DNA of 64,000 bases from an uncultured bacterium (GCA_963720265.1 CAVRET010000002.1:328704-392703); one strand, 5' to 3'; numbered from the stretch's first letter, positions 49,279 through 58,991 are shown. Notes: generated from the letters alone by a model not told the origin. Numbers and translations are program-made.

Positions 49279-50886
49279 GTGCTCAAGCGCTTTACGGTCG
49301 AGCTTGCCGTTCGCGTTTAACGGCAGCGATGAAAGCTGCACATACTTTTGCGGCACCATGAGCGATGTGAGCTGAGCCGCTGCCCGTTGCCGTAGTTCTT
49401 CAGGGTCAAACTTCTGTCCGGTCTGGACTGTAACGAAGGCCACCAGCTGCTTATCAACCGCGCGTTCGCCGGTCTGTTGCACCACGACCGCCGACTCTTG
49501 CACAAACGGCACGGCGTTCAAAACTGCCTCGATTTCGCCCGGCTCAATGCGCAACCCGCGCAGTTTAATCTGTGAGTCGGTCCGGCCAAGCCACACAATC
49601 ACGCCGTCCGGTCGGTAACGCGCCAAATCGCCGGTCCGGTACATTTTGGCATCTGGCCCAGCATTAAACGGGTCATGCACAAACAGCCGCTGCGTCAGCT
49701 CGTCGCGATGGTAATACCCACGTGCCAAACCCGCCCCGCCAATGTAGAGCTCGCCCACCTCGCCGACATTCACCGGCTGTAAATGTTCATCTAAAATATA
49801 CGTCCTCACGTTAGGAATTGGCTTTCCAATAGGGATGAATGGCTCTCCGCTGAGTTCGTCCGTGGCGGCCGAGGTGTAAAACGTGGACGTGACCGTGGTC
49901 TCGGTCGTCCCGTACGCCGCCACCCAACGCAATGTGCGAGCTCCAGCCAGGCGCCGCCAACTCTCATAAATCTTAGTATTAATTGCTTCACTGCCCGCGA
50001 TGACTAGCCGCAGGGACGCAGGAATTGGCAGACCGTGGCTGTCCAGAAACTCAGTCCATTCTTCCCACAATGGTGCCGGCAGATTCAGCAATGTGTAGCG
50101 GTTCTTCGTAATCTCCGCCTGAAACGCCGCCATGGTTGCAAATCGCGAGCTCGAAACAATAAGTGTACAGCCTGACACCAACGGCGGCACCATCTCTTCC
50201 ACCGCCATATCAAACGCGATCGGCGCCATCAGCGGCACGCGGTCATCTTGGCTCAACTCAAACAATTGCGAAAACGCGAGGGCATGGTTAACAGTCGCCC
50301 GGTGAGTAATAATGACACCCTTTGGTTCGCCGGTTGAACCCGAAGTATATGCAATATAGGCCGCGCCGGAGCTATTAATGGCAACATCAAGATTGGTGCC
50401 CGGTGAGTCTGCTGTGGCGGACGTAAGCTCATTCAGGCTCACTACATTGAGTCTCGGGCCCAACGAAATATCAGTAAACTCTGTATCCGTGATCATGAGC
50501 ATTGGTCTGGCGTCGACCACGATGTATTCCAGCCGCGCGACCGGCATGTGAGCATCGAACAACAGGTAGGTGCCGCCGGCTTTCAGGATTGCGAGTGTAC
50601 ACACTATCACCGAAGCCGACCGCGTAAGATAACACGCCACCACCGATTCACGTATCACGCCGTGCTCACGCAAAGCCTGCGCCAACCGGTTGGCCTTGGC
50701 GTTAATCTCGGCGTAAGTATAGCGAAGGTCGCCGTCAATCAGCGCGACCGCGTCCGGCGTCTTAGCCACCTGCGCTTGGAAGAGCTCATGGATACAGACA
50801 TCTGGATAATCCTTACGAGTGTCGTTCCAGGCCGAATCAGGCAATCGTGCTTGAGCTTGATGTATGATCTTCTTAGTATCGTCCAC
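49267..50886 (-). CDS. Stand-alone NRPS-type amino-acid adenylation domain protein
   Basis: A1 YTYAEI, A3 AYIAYTSGSTGEPKG, A4 FDMAV, A5 YGTTE, A6 GELYIGGAGLARGY, A7 YRTGD, A8 GRTDSQIKLRGLRIEPGEIE, A10 NGKLDR; no T domain. Confidence 0.92.
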   Translation of the reverse strand: MDDTKKIIHQAQARLPDSAWNDTRKDYPDVCIHELFQAQVAKTPDAVALIDGDLRYTYAEINAKANRLAQALREHGVIRESVVACYLTRSASVIVCTLAILKAGGTYLLFDAHMPVARLEYIVVDARPMLMITDTEFTDISLGPRLNVVSLNELTSATADSPGTNLDVAINSSGAAYIAYTSGSTGEPKGVIITHRATVNHALAFSQLFELSQDDRVPLMAPIAFDMAVEEMVPPLVSGCTLIVSSSRFATMAAFQAEITKNRYTLLNLPAPLWEEWTEFLDSHGLPIPASLRLVIAGSEAINTKIYESWRRLAGARTLRWVAAYGTTETTVTSTFYTSAATDELSGEPFIPIGKPIPNVRTYILDEHLQPVNVGEVGELYIGGAGLARGYYHRDELTQRLFVHDPFNAGPDAKMYRTGDLARYRPDGVIVWLGRTDSQIKLRGLRIEPGEIEAVLNAVPFVQESAVVVQQTGERAVDKQLVAFVTVQTGQKFDPEELRQRAAAQLTSLMVPQKYVQLSSLPLNANGKLDRKALEHLLT

Positions 50887-50931
50887 GTCTCCATTATTGT
50901 CCTAACCAGGTAAAAACACGAATACCCGCCC

Positions 50932-52020
50932 ATGCGTACGCTACTCATCATCCTCAGCAGTCTTCTCGCTCTCGGTGCGGGCGTGCCATATATCGTCGAC
51001 GTCATCAAGGGCAAGACCAAACCCCGGCTCGTCTCTTGGTTCACCTGGACTGGGCTCATGGCGGTGTCGGCCACGGCATCGCTCACTCAGGGCCAAATTC
51101 CGGCCGCTGCTTTTGGTTACAGCATTGCGCTCCAATGCCTGGCCGTAGTGGTACTTGGCTTTCGTAATGGCACTCGGGAGTTTGAGTTGCTCGACGCCGT
51201 CTGTCTGGGCGGTGCCAACCTGGGGCTTATTAGCCTGGTTATATTCCATGCGCCAAATCTGACCATCTTCCTTACCATTGTCACCGACTTCACGGGAGCG
51301 ATTCCCACTATCAGGCACGCGTGGCGGCGCCCCTATGAGGAAACGATGAGCAGCTATGTACTTGAAGCTATCGGCTGTGGGATTACCCTGCTGCTTGCCA
51401 ATTTTCACGCTCTCACATCATTTGGCGTACCGCTCTATCTTTTTCTATGTGATGCCCTGATAGTCGAAATCATGCTGCTCAGTCCCAAACGTCGCCTGCA
51501 GCCCGCTCCTGTGGCGCAGTACGGTTTGAACCCGCAGCCAAATGGGCAGGGGTGGCTTAACCGGCCAGTTACCGTCACGTTTGCGGGTAGTGACGCCACC
51601 GGCCTCGCTGCCTGCAGCCAGCCTGTCACCTTGAAGCTCGACGGCGCTGGGCAGGCCGTTACCGGACGTGTCACCAATCGTACCGGGGTTTCAACCGACA
51701 TCACCGCTTGGGTCAATGTTGACCAGTCTCCGCCGGTGCTCGGCCATCCAAATTGGTCAACCAACCCAGTGGCGCGCGGCGTCCCCACCACCCTCGCGGT
51801 GCCCGTGACCGACCACGTATCCGGCGTGAGCCAGGGGGAGTATGTCAGCGATCCCAATGTCGAACCGGGACAGGGGACGCCAATGACGATACAGCCAGGG
51901 CAGCTCGTTGCGGCCGTCAACACCAAGCTGGCTCCGGGTCGGTACCCAATCGGCATTCGCGCCAAAGACGCGGCCGGCAACTGGAGCCAACTCGCCTTCG
52001 CTACACTCTATATCGATTAA
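50932..52020 (+). CDS. Membrane protein (about 6 TM) fused to C-terminal Ig-like domains
   Basis: GKTKPRLVSWFTW...PTIRHAWRRPYEET membrane domain; GWLNRPVTVTF...DHVSGV...RAKDAAGNWS Ig-like modules. Confidence 0.7.
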   Translation: MRTLLIILSSLLALGAGVPYIVDVIKGKTKPRLVSWFTWTGLMAVSATASLTQGQIPAAAFGYSIALQCLAVVVLGFRNGTREFELLDAVCLGGANLGLISLVIFHAPNLTIFLTIVTDFTGAIPTIRHAWRRPYEETMSSYVLEAIGCGITLLLANFHALTSFGVPLYLFLCDALIVEIMLLSPKRRLQPAPVAQYGLNPQPNGQGWLNRPVTVTFAGSDATGLAACSQPVTLKLDGAGQAVTGRVTNRTGVSTDITAWVNVDQSPPVLGHPNWSTNPVARGVPTTLAVPVTDHVSGVSQGEYVSDPNVEPGQGTPMTIQPGQLVAAVNTKLAPGRYPIGIRAKDAAGNWSQLAFATLYID

Positions 52021-52066
52021 GATCTAATCAAGTATTTTTCAGCTCGAAAATGATACGCTATAAGGA

Positions 52067-53404
52067 ATGAAGCGCAGAGGCTTAGCCGTTTGGCGGCAAA
52101 TTTGGTATCTTTTGTATGCCTTAGGCATTGTCGCCATCGGCCTGTTTTGGTGGCATGCCTCCGGCCATCGCACCACTGCCGCGACGCCGTCAATTGAGGT
52201 CGCCATCGGCAACCTCACCGGCCTGGTTGGCACCTATGCCATTCTGTGGCAGCTGGTGTTGCTCAGCCGGCTCGTGCCACTCGAATCAGCCTTCGGTCTC
52301 GAACAACTCACCTGGCTGCATAAATGGAACGGCTACCTCGCGCTCACGCTCATTCTCGCGCACACGCTATTTCTCACCTTAGGCTTTGCCGCCCCCGACC
52401 ACTTGTCGTTCGTCGGCCAATTCATGAGCTTTCTGCTGACATGGCAGGACGTGCTCAAAGCCACGGTTGGCACCGTGCTGCTCATTGTGGTAGTGTGCAT
52501 CTCAATCGGCATTGTCCGGCGCGGGTTTAAATATGAGACCTGGTACTACACCCACTTGCTTACCTATCTGGCAATTTTGCTTGCCTTTAGTCATCAATTT
52601 TCCGTTGGTCTCGATTTCGAAAATGCCCCGGCCTTTCGCCTCTACTGGTATGCTCTCTATGTGCTGGCTGTTGGCGCCATCGGCTGGTTTCGCTTTGTGG
52701 TGCCACTGTGGCAGCTGTGGTACTTTCGCCTGCGGGTGGAACGCATTGAGCCGGCCAACGCATCTGCCAACTCCATCTACATTACTGGCCGCCATCTCGA
52801 CAAATTTCACTTTGAACCCGGCCAATTCTTGATCTGGCGCTTTTTAGATAAAGATCATTGGTGGCAGGCTCACCCGTTCTCAATCTCAATGGCGCCCAAT
52901 GGCCAGCACCTCAGGCTCACGGCCAAAGCCGTCGGCGACTTCACGCGCACACTGCCAAACATTAAGCCGGGCACCCTTATCGCCACTGACGGACCGCACG
53001 GTAACTTCACGCTTAGCCGCGCGGGCGGTAACAAGCTATTGTTCATCGCCGGCGGCATCGGCATCACACCCATCCGCTCCATGCTCGAGCACCTTCCCAA
53101 ACAGGTGGACGCCGTTGTCTTATACGCCGTCCGCACGAAAGGGGAGTTTGCATTTACCAATGAACTAGACAAGCTCACCACCAGGCCCGGCGTCAGTCTG
53201 CATTATGTTATCAGCGATGAAAAAGTACCGGGCATGACCCACGGCCTGGTCACAACCAAAGTACTGCATGCTCTCGTTCCCGAACTCGCCGACCGCGAAG
53301 TCTTACTCTGTGGGCCGCCGGCAATGATGGATCATGTTACCAAACACCTTATCGCCGTCGGCGTGCCCCACCGCCACATTCACACCGAGCGCTTTGCCTA
53401 TTAA
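52067..53404 (+). CDS. Ferric-reductase-like transmembrane protein with FAD/NAD(P)H-binding domains
   Basis: Heme-ligand His pairs (WLHKWNG...LAH; WYYTH...FSHQ), HPFSIS, DGPHG, AGGIGITP, CGPPAMM, ERFAY. Confidence 0.9.
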   Translation: MKRRGLAVWRQIWYLLYALGIVAIGLFWWHASGHRTTAATPSIEVAIGNLTGLVGTYAILWQLVLLSRLVPLESAFGLEQLTWLHKWNGYLALTLILAHTLFLTLGFAAPDHLSFVGQFMSFLLTWQDVLKATVGTVLLIVVVCISIGIVRRGFKYETWYYTHLLTYLAILLAFSHQFSVGLDFENAPAFRLYWYALYVLAVGAIGWFRFVVPLWQLWYFRLRVERIEPANASANSIYITGRHLDKFHFEPGQFLIWRFLDKDHWWQAHPFSISMAPNGQHLRLTAKAVGDFTRTLPNIKPGTLIATDGPHGNFTLSRAGGNKLLFIAGGIGITPIRSMLEHLPKQVDAVVLYAVRTKGEFAFTNELDKLTTRPGVSLHYVISDEKVPGMTHGLVTTKVLHALVPELADREVLLCGPPAMMDHVTKHLIAVGVPHRHIHTERFAY

Positions 53405-53416
53405 TGCGCGTGCTAG

Positions 53417-54157
53417 CTAAAGGTATTGTTCAAGCCTGGGCGTAAGTGTGGCCCGTCCACTGTGGTCGATCACGTAGGCCTCTAGGTCCGGCTGCTGGGC
53501 GATCCATGCAGCGGCCCGCGTCCCCATGGCAAACGCCGCCGTCGCCGCCACGTCCACCCAGGTAATACGCGGACCAACCACGGTTACACTTGCAACTTCA
53601 CCGGTCGCGTGCCCGGTTTTGGGGTCGTAAATATGCGCGCCACGCTCGTAGTTGCCTGACGTTGCCACTGCCTGGCCGCGCACATGTAACACTTTCACGA
53701 TCTCAGCCGGCCGTTCCGGGTTACGTATGCCGACCCGCCATGGTTTACCCTTAGTATTCTTTCCCCCGGTCTGAATGTCGCCGCCGGCTTCGATGCAATA
53801 ATCATGCAATGCTCGCCGCTCCAGCTGCTCGGCCGCCCGTTCAATCGCCCAGCCTTTCACATATCCGCTGGGGTCCAGCCGGCCGTCGGGGCGCTGCATG
53901 TCAAAAAAACCGTCGGTGACCCCCTTCATCGCCTTACCGGCCGCCAGTACTTCGCGGACTTCGTTTGGCGCCTCGCCGAGACGGATCTGCCCTTCGCGCA
54001 GCCGGCTAATTACACTGTAGGCCTTGAACGGGCTATACGTGCGATCAACTTCGCCAAACCATGCAAACACCGCCTCAATCGCCGCCTCGGCTGTGTCACT
54101 TTCGGCCGCGACCTCCACAGTCACCGGCATCCCCATTACCAGCTCGGTGCGCTTCAC
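53417..54157 (-). CDS. apbE: FAD:protein FMN transferase
   Basis: VMGM, LDPSGYVKGWA, AGGDI, WRVGIRNP, VATSGNYERG.HIYDP, AATAAFAMG. Confidence 0.92.
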   Translation of the reverse strand: MKRTELVMGMPVTVEVAAESDTAEAAIEAVFAWFGEVDRTYSPFKAYSVISRLREGQIRLGEAPNEVREVLAAGKAMKGVTDGFFDMQRPDGRLDPSGYVKGWAIERAAEQLERRALHDYCIEAGGDIQTGGKNTKGKPWRVGIRNPERPAEIVKVLHVRGQAVATSGNYERGAHIYDPKTGHATGEVASVTVVGPRITWVDVAATAAFAMGTRAAAWIAQQPDLEAYVIDHSGRATLTPRLEQYL

Positions 54158-54625
54158 TTACGCCTGGGCTTGGGTCAAAGCCGCACTCAAGGATTGCTCA
54201 AACGCTTCGCTCGTCTGCGTTGCTCCTGACACCGTATCCACCTGTGCGCTCTGGGCTTGCACTGCTTCTTGCAACAGTTGCGGCTGCGCCGAGGCCGTTA
54301 CCACGCTCGAATTCCCGCCACTCGGCATTTGCAAAAAGTTAATACTGGTGAGCTTGCCGCCGGCCACCACGGCCTGCACTTGTACCGTGCCAAAGTTGAT
54401 ATTAACCGCCTGGCCGGTGTAGCTGCCGTCTTTGAGCGTAGTCGCGCTACTTGAGCTCGTGCTGCTAGAACTACTCGGACTGGCGCTCGCACTAGGCGTT
54501 ACTTGTGCCACTACCGGGCTTTTAGGTTTAGTGCCAACAGTGCTAGCCTTCGGGTGAAACGACAGCAACGCAATCAAGCCGCCTACACCCACCAACACAA
54601 CGATAATAAGTAAAGTCCGCTTCAT
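54158..54625 (-). CDS. Membrane-anchored FMN-binding (flavinylated) protein
   Basis: DGSYTG, FGTVQV, flavinylation motif VDTVSGATQTS. Confidence 0.9.
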   Translation of the reverse strand: MKRTLLIIVVLVGVGGLIALLSFHPKASTVGTKPKSPVVAQVTPSASASPSSSSSTSSSSATTLKDGSYTGQAVNINFGTVQVQAVVAGGKLTSINFLQMPSGGNSSVVTASAQPQLLQEAVQAQSAQVDTVSGATQTSEAFEQSLSAALTQAQA

Positions 54626-54683
54626 AATTTATAGCTTAAGCCCCCTTTCTGAGAATGTCTTGAAATATGACCGCGATACGTGC

Positions 54684-55328
54684 TTAGTCCTCAAGGATCT
54701 CCACTGCGCCGCTCGCCTCAGGCACGAGCCGCGAATGGATGACATAGCGCAATCGGGTTTCACCGGTGGTAGCAATGTGCAAGATTTGCCGAGTCAGCTC
54801 CGCACTCTCGCCTGCACCCAAGCGCGAAAATTTGGCCGCCAGCGTCTGCCGGCCAACGCGAATATTGCGCCGTACAAACCCGGTGAACGCAGGCCACACC
54901 GGCTGCGACGGCGTTACCGGCACGGCTGTGGCGTCAAGTCGCTCCGGCCGCTCCGGAGCGCGCCGCGCCTGATGAATCGTACCGTCCTCCACATGCACGG
55001 TTATCTCGATGTCGGCGTCCGAATCGCGGCCCAGATTACTAACAAAAATCTTAAACGGTACCAAGCCGTCCGCCAGTTCCCGTTCATAGCGTTCAAGCTC
55101 ATGCTCGTAATGAGTCAATGCTCGCTCGTAAGCTTGCCAATCCTGCTGGCGAAACACCCCGATCCCGCTTACTTTCACCGGCCGCCAGGTCCGCCACGAA
55201 TCACCGGTAATCTTCTCAAGCTGTTCAGCAATCCGTTGCCGCTCCAGCTTCAAAAACTGCCGTTCACTCTCGAGATTCGGCTCTTCGATCTTTAGCTCAA
55301 CCGCATATTGAACATCCGACTCTTGCAT
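54684..55328 (-). CDS. Hypothetical protein
   Basis: 214-aa ORF with ATG start and coiled-coil N-terminus; preferred over the antisense ORF. Confidence 0.6.
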   Translation of the reverse strand: MQESDVQYAVELKIEEPNLESERQFLKLERQRIAEQLEKITGDSWRTWRPVKVSGIGVFRQQDWQAYERALTHYEHELERYERELADGLVPFKIFVSNLGRDSDADIEITVHVEDGTIHQARRAPERPERLDATAVPVTPSQPVWPAFTGFVRRNIRVGRQTLAAKFSRLGAGESAELTRQILHIATTGETRLRYVIHSRLVPEASGAVEILED

Positions 55329-55371
55329 ACCACAACCATTTTACCACCTAACGGTACAGTATAATCGGGCA

Positions 55372-56151
55372 ATGAATACCATCACTGGTTTTACTTCTGT
55401 CAAAGGCGGCCGCCTCTACCACAAAACCACCGGTCCTGGCGAACCGGTCGTGTTTATCCACGGTTTCACACTCGACCACCGCATGTGGCAGCCGCAGGTC
55501 GCATTTTTTAGCCCTCATTATCAAGTCATAACCTATGATGCTCGCGGCTTCGGTCGGTCGTCGTTGCCCACGGACCCTTATAACCATCACGACGACTTGG
55601 CCTTGCTATTGCAACACCTCGGCATCAAAGCGGCGCACGTCATTGGCCTCTCCATGGGTGGTCGCATCACCGTTAATTTCGCACTCGAACACCCGGAGAT
55701 GGTCCGTTCACTAGCCCTACTCGACGCCGCCCTCGACGGCTACGCCGACACTGTGGATTGGAATGTGCACGCGAAGACCCAAGGCCTTGAGCAAGCCAGG
55801 CGCAATTGGCTTGGTCACGAACTCTTCGCCGCTACAAGGCAGAATCCCGCCGCCATGGCCAGAATAAATCCAATCATCGCCGACTACTCTGGCTGGCACT
55901 GGCTGCACCACGATCCGCAAGCACCCAGCAACACCCACGCCAAGCAGCGTCTGCCCGAAATCCAAACCCCCACATCCGTCGTGGTCGGCGAACACGATCT
56001 CACGTATTTTCACAATATCGCCGACTCACTCGCCTCCGGCATTCTCCACTCACACAAGGAAGTAATCCCAAATGTCGGGCACATGGTTAATCTCGAGGCA
56101 CCAGACCTCGTAAACCAGTTATTGCTAAACCATCTCGAGCAACGGCAGTAA
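55372..56151 (+). CDS. Alpha/beta-fold hydrolase
   Basis: FIHGF, YDARGFGRS, GLSMGG, GEHD, GHMVNLE. Confidence 0.92.
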   Translation: MNTITGFTSVKGGRLYHKTTGPGEPVVFIHGFTLDHRMWQPQVAFFSPHYQVITYDARGFGRSSLPTDPYNHHDDLALLLQHLGIKAAHVIGLSMGGRITVNFALEHPEMVRSLALLDAALDGYADTVDWNVHAKTQGLEQARRNWLGHELFAATRQNPAAMARINPIIADYSGWHWLHHDPQAPSNTHAKQRLPEIQTPTSVVVGEHDLTYFHNIADSLASGILHSHKEVIPNVGHMVNLEAPDLVNQLLLNHLEQRQ

Positions 56152-56157
56152 AATGAG

Positions 56158-56391
56158 TTATTTTAGCTGACCAAGAGCGCTATACGTGGCCACCTGGCAG
56201 TAATTGCACATAATATGATATCGCTCGTGCCGTCCACGCACGCGCTTCAGTCCGCCCATGGTCTGAAACGTCCAATCGGCACAGCCGCGCTGCCATTCCT
56301 CATTTCTGGGATCGGTTAACAAGCCCGCCACCAGGTACATACCCTGCACTGCGAGCGCTAACATCAATAGATCAATCACAAACGTTTGCAT
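56158..56391 (-). CDS. Small hypothetical membrane protein
   Basis: GGAGGAG SD before ATG (MQTFVIDL), TM helix, CNYC motif. Confidence 0.55.
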   Translation of the reverse strand: MQTFVIDLLMLALAVQGMYLVAGLLTDPRNEEWQRGCADWTFQTMGGLKRVRGRHERYHIMCNYCQVATYSALGQLK

Positions 56392-56528
56392 GAATCTCCT
56401 CCACCTCAAGTGGACGTAGAATAGGTATTATAACACAAAATATCAAAAAACACAATGGATACCTCATCAAATGAAAACCCGTCCTTTCTAACCGGGTTTC
56501 CGAGTAGTAGAGACGGGTTGTTGCGGCG

Positions 56529-57239
56529 CTAGTTTGCGGCGATGGCCTGCAGCCAGCGCAGGGCCACGTTCGCCAAGCTGGCCCGGGCGTCGTCGAGGTA
56601 CCTGCGGGCGGTTCTCTCACCGACGAACAGGATCGCCGTCAGGTCGCTGAGCTGTCGCACCGGCTGGTCCTCGCCCAGTGCGAACCGCAACTGTACCGCC
56701 TGAAGCCGGTTCGAACTGAGGTGGGCCAGGCCCAGGAGAGCATTCAGGTGGGCAAGGTCGGGTGCGAGCGCCCGCACGAGCTGGCGCCTATCGGTGTTCT
56801 GGTCGTCCCAGCCCTTCAGCGCCCACTGGAACAGTGCGAGCACATTGTCGTCCCGGTAAACATCGCCGGCCAGCGGCGGCGTCCGCGGTGCAAGGTCGTG
56901 GGCCAGATCAACGAATGTTTGCGTACAGGAAAACTCCCCGCGCACGCGCACAAGAAATCCGCGCTGAACCAGACTGCTCAGGCTGGCGGCCGGCAGATCA
57001 CTGCTCCGGCCGATATGCTGGATCACGTAACTGGCCAGCTCGGACACCGTAAACGGCGCCCAGCCGGTAGCCCGAAACTGCATGAGCGCGATAATCCAGG
57101 CCGCGGCCCGACCCTCGCCGTGTTCGCCGAAGAAAACGTCGAACAGGCGGCCGACATTCGGCCCTTCGATGTTAAGTGAACCCGGCTGTATCAGGTAATC
57201 CCGGGCCACGGCAATCGGCACGACACCCTGATCGTTCAA
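56529..57239 (-). CDS. Hypothetical protein with a C-terminal sigma-70 region-4-like HTH
   Basis: GAGGAGG SD before TTG; LSSNRLQAVQLRFAL...LSDLTAILFVGERTARRYLDDARASL. Confidence 0.6.
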   Translation of the reverse strand: MNDQGVVPIAVARDYLIQPGSLNIEGPNVGRLFDVFFGEHGEGRAAAWIIALMQFRATGWAPFTVSELASYVIQHIGRSSDLPAASLSSLVQRGFLVRVRGEFSCTQTFVDLAHDLAPRTPPLAGDVYRDDNVLALFQWALKGWDDQNTDRRQLVRALAPDLAHLNALLGLAHLSSNRLQAVQLRFALGEDQPVRQLSDLTAILFVGERTARRYLDDARASLANVALRWLQAIAAN

Positions 57240-57384
57240 GACCCCTCCTCGGGTAGATCGCAAGTATCAATACAGGATTATTGAAACATTAACACAAAAA
57301 TACAAAAAAGCAATCCAAACCATAGGCGAGTGTACCGTGATGCCACGTAGACGTGCTATAATGGCGTGGTTAAGGAAAAGGTTA

Positions 57385-57654
57385 ATGGCCAGACAAACTT
57401 TTAAGTCTCTTGAACCTGAGATCAGGTCAGCGATAGACGCGATAATAATAAAGCCTGATTTTCCTAGAGACCCCAAAGGCTACACCCTCATAGAGGGATT
57501 TGTGCATCAATTTGTTCAGGACGCTACAGGTTCTGGAGTGCCGATAGCACTAGCGGGTCAAGTAATGCCAGTCGTTTCCATCATAGGAAATTCAACGGGC
57601 CGAGTTTTCTACTTCAATGTTAAGTTTTTACTTCCGAAAGTGAAATTCGAGTAA
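57385..57654 (+). CDS. IS passenger, hypothetical protein
   Basis: TGCTATAAT extended -10 and AAGGA SD; GYTLIEGF...MPVVSIIGNSTGRVFYFNVKFLLP. Confidence 0.7.
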   Translation: MARQTFKSLEPEIRSAIDAIIIKPDFPRDPKGYTLIEGFVHQFVQDATGSGVPIALAGQVMPVVSIIGNSTGRVFYFNVKFLLPKVKFE

Positions 57655-58079
57655 TGGCCGAGAATCAACGCATTACAAAAACCAGCAAACTAGATAAGGG
57701 CGGTAAGCAGCTTGATCAGGATCTGGTAAACGAGCTACTCGCCAAAGTTTCAAGGCTGGACAATGTAAAAGAAGAGTTTTTGGGAATATTCGGCCTTTTC
57801 GCTGCATTGTTGATCTTCACCTCAGTTGAAGTAAAAGTGTTTCAAGATGTTACTCGTTTTTCTCTAATTGTCGGCATCAGTTCATTTTTCGTTGCTACGC
57901 TTATGCTTTTCGTACTAACGCTTAATAACGTTATACATAGGAGAGCATGGAGCGATTTCTGGTCAGCGGCATCGGTTTTATCTGTTATATTCTTGGTTAT
58001 CTCGGGGGAAGCCTTTTGGTGGGCCACACACTTTGGCCACATTCTGTTACTGATATGGAACGTCAAAATCGTTAGCTGA
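57654..58079 (+). CDS. IS passenger, three-TM membrane protein
   Basis: Coupled TAATG junction; FLGIFGLFAALLIFTSVEV followed by further TM helices. Confidence 0.7.
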   Translation: MAENQRITKTSKLDKGGKQLDQDLVNELLAKVSRLDNVKEEFLGIFGLFAALLIFTSVEVKVFQDVTRFSLIVGISSFFVATLMLFVLTLNNVIHRRAWSDFWSAASVLSVIFLVISGEAFWWATHFGHILLLIWNVKIVS

Positions 58080-58099
58080 CATGAGCGTATACTCTACCT

Positions 58100-58303
58100 A
58101 TGACCGACGAACCTAAACACCCATTCAAGAAATTTATTGAATTGGCCTCGAAGCCGCTTCCATCAGAAGAGGAAGCACGGCGGCGTGACGATGGTTATAC
58201 CGATACTCAAACTCGTTTACGTAAAGCTGAAGATACTTCGGGCTCACAGCGTGATACGTCCCGTCCAGACTCCGCTTCATCTGACTCCAAAACCCCTCAA
58301 TAG
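58100..58303 (+). CDS. Small ORF antisense to the transposase 3' end
   Basis: TATACT 6 nt before ATG; overlaps the transposase by 170 nt. Confidence 0.35.
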   Translation: MTDEPKHPFKKFIELASKPLPSEEEARRRDDGYTDTQTRLRKAEDTSGSQRDTSRPDSASSDSKTPQ

Positions 58304-58991
58304 TGTTGGTTGTAACTGAGTCACGGCCATACTCGTGTTTGCTGTGGTTAATGGCCTCGTGTACGCGCTTGCGTGACACGTGCTTGTAAATCGGGCTTTC
58401 GTCGGTATGCAACTCGGCCTCCGGCGCAACGTTGCCCTCAATAAACCGTTCAGCCGCGACGCGCCCCACCTGCTTAGTGACCTGGGCCTCAACGCGACCG
58501 CCGCGCTCGACTGCACCCATGACGGCGGTTTTCTTAACCCAACGCCAATCTTGGCCACGGCGCTTGCCGCCCACGTACGTTTCGTCCATCTCGACAATGC
58601 CGGTTAAATTTACGTTGTGCTCGTCCATCATCTTGCGGATTTGTTTGGCGATACGCCACGCCGTCTTGTAAGTCACGTTAAGGTGCCGTTCAAGTTCCTT
58701 GGCCGCTACACCGTTCTTGCTGTTACTGAATAGGTAGATAGCGAAAAACCACTTCGTAAGCGGCGTGGCTGACTTGTGAAAGATCGTGCCGCTCAACGGG
58801 TACAGCTCAAAGGCACAGTGAGCGCACTTGTAATATTTGCGTGTCTTAATCCGGTAGAACTTGCCCTTGGTGCCGCACGAGGGGCAATACTCTAAATGAC
58901 CGTAGCGGTTTTGAAAGATGTATTCGAGGCAAACATCATCATTCGGGAACTCGGTTTTGAGCATATCGTAGGTGTATAACGGCGTTTTCAT
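58134..58991 (-). CDS. IS1595-family DDE transposase
   Basis: Zn ribbon CPSCG/CAHC, HTH (YKTAWRI), VEMDETYVGG, HTDE, TNTIEGFWS, YVNEFEYRYN. Confidence 0.95.
   Translation of the reverse strand: MKTPLYTYDMLKTEFPNDDVCLEYIFQNRYGHLEYCPSCGTKGKFYRIKTRKYYKCAHCAFELYPLSGTIFHKSATPLTKWFFAIYLFSNSKNGVAAKELERHLNVTYKTAWRIAKQIRKMMDEHNVNLTGIVEMDETYVGGKRRGQDWRWVKKTAVMGAVERGGRVEAQVTKQVGRVAAERFIEGNVAPEAELHTDESPIYKHVSRKRVHEAINHSKHEYGRDSVTTNTIEGFWSQMKRSLDGTYHAVSPKYLQLYVNEFEYRYNHRHAAVLPLLMEAASRPIQ

Noticed and set aside
54660-55295. 211-aa plus-strand ORF
   Set aside because: Antisense shadow of 54684-55328 with a TTG start and no recognisable motif
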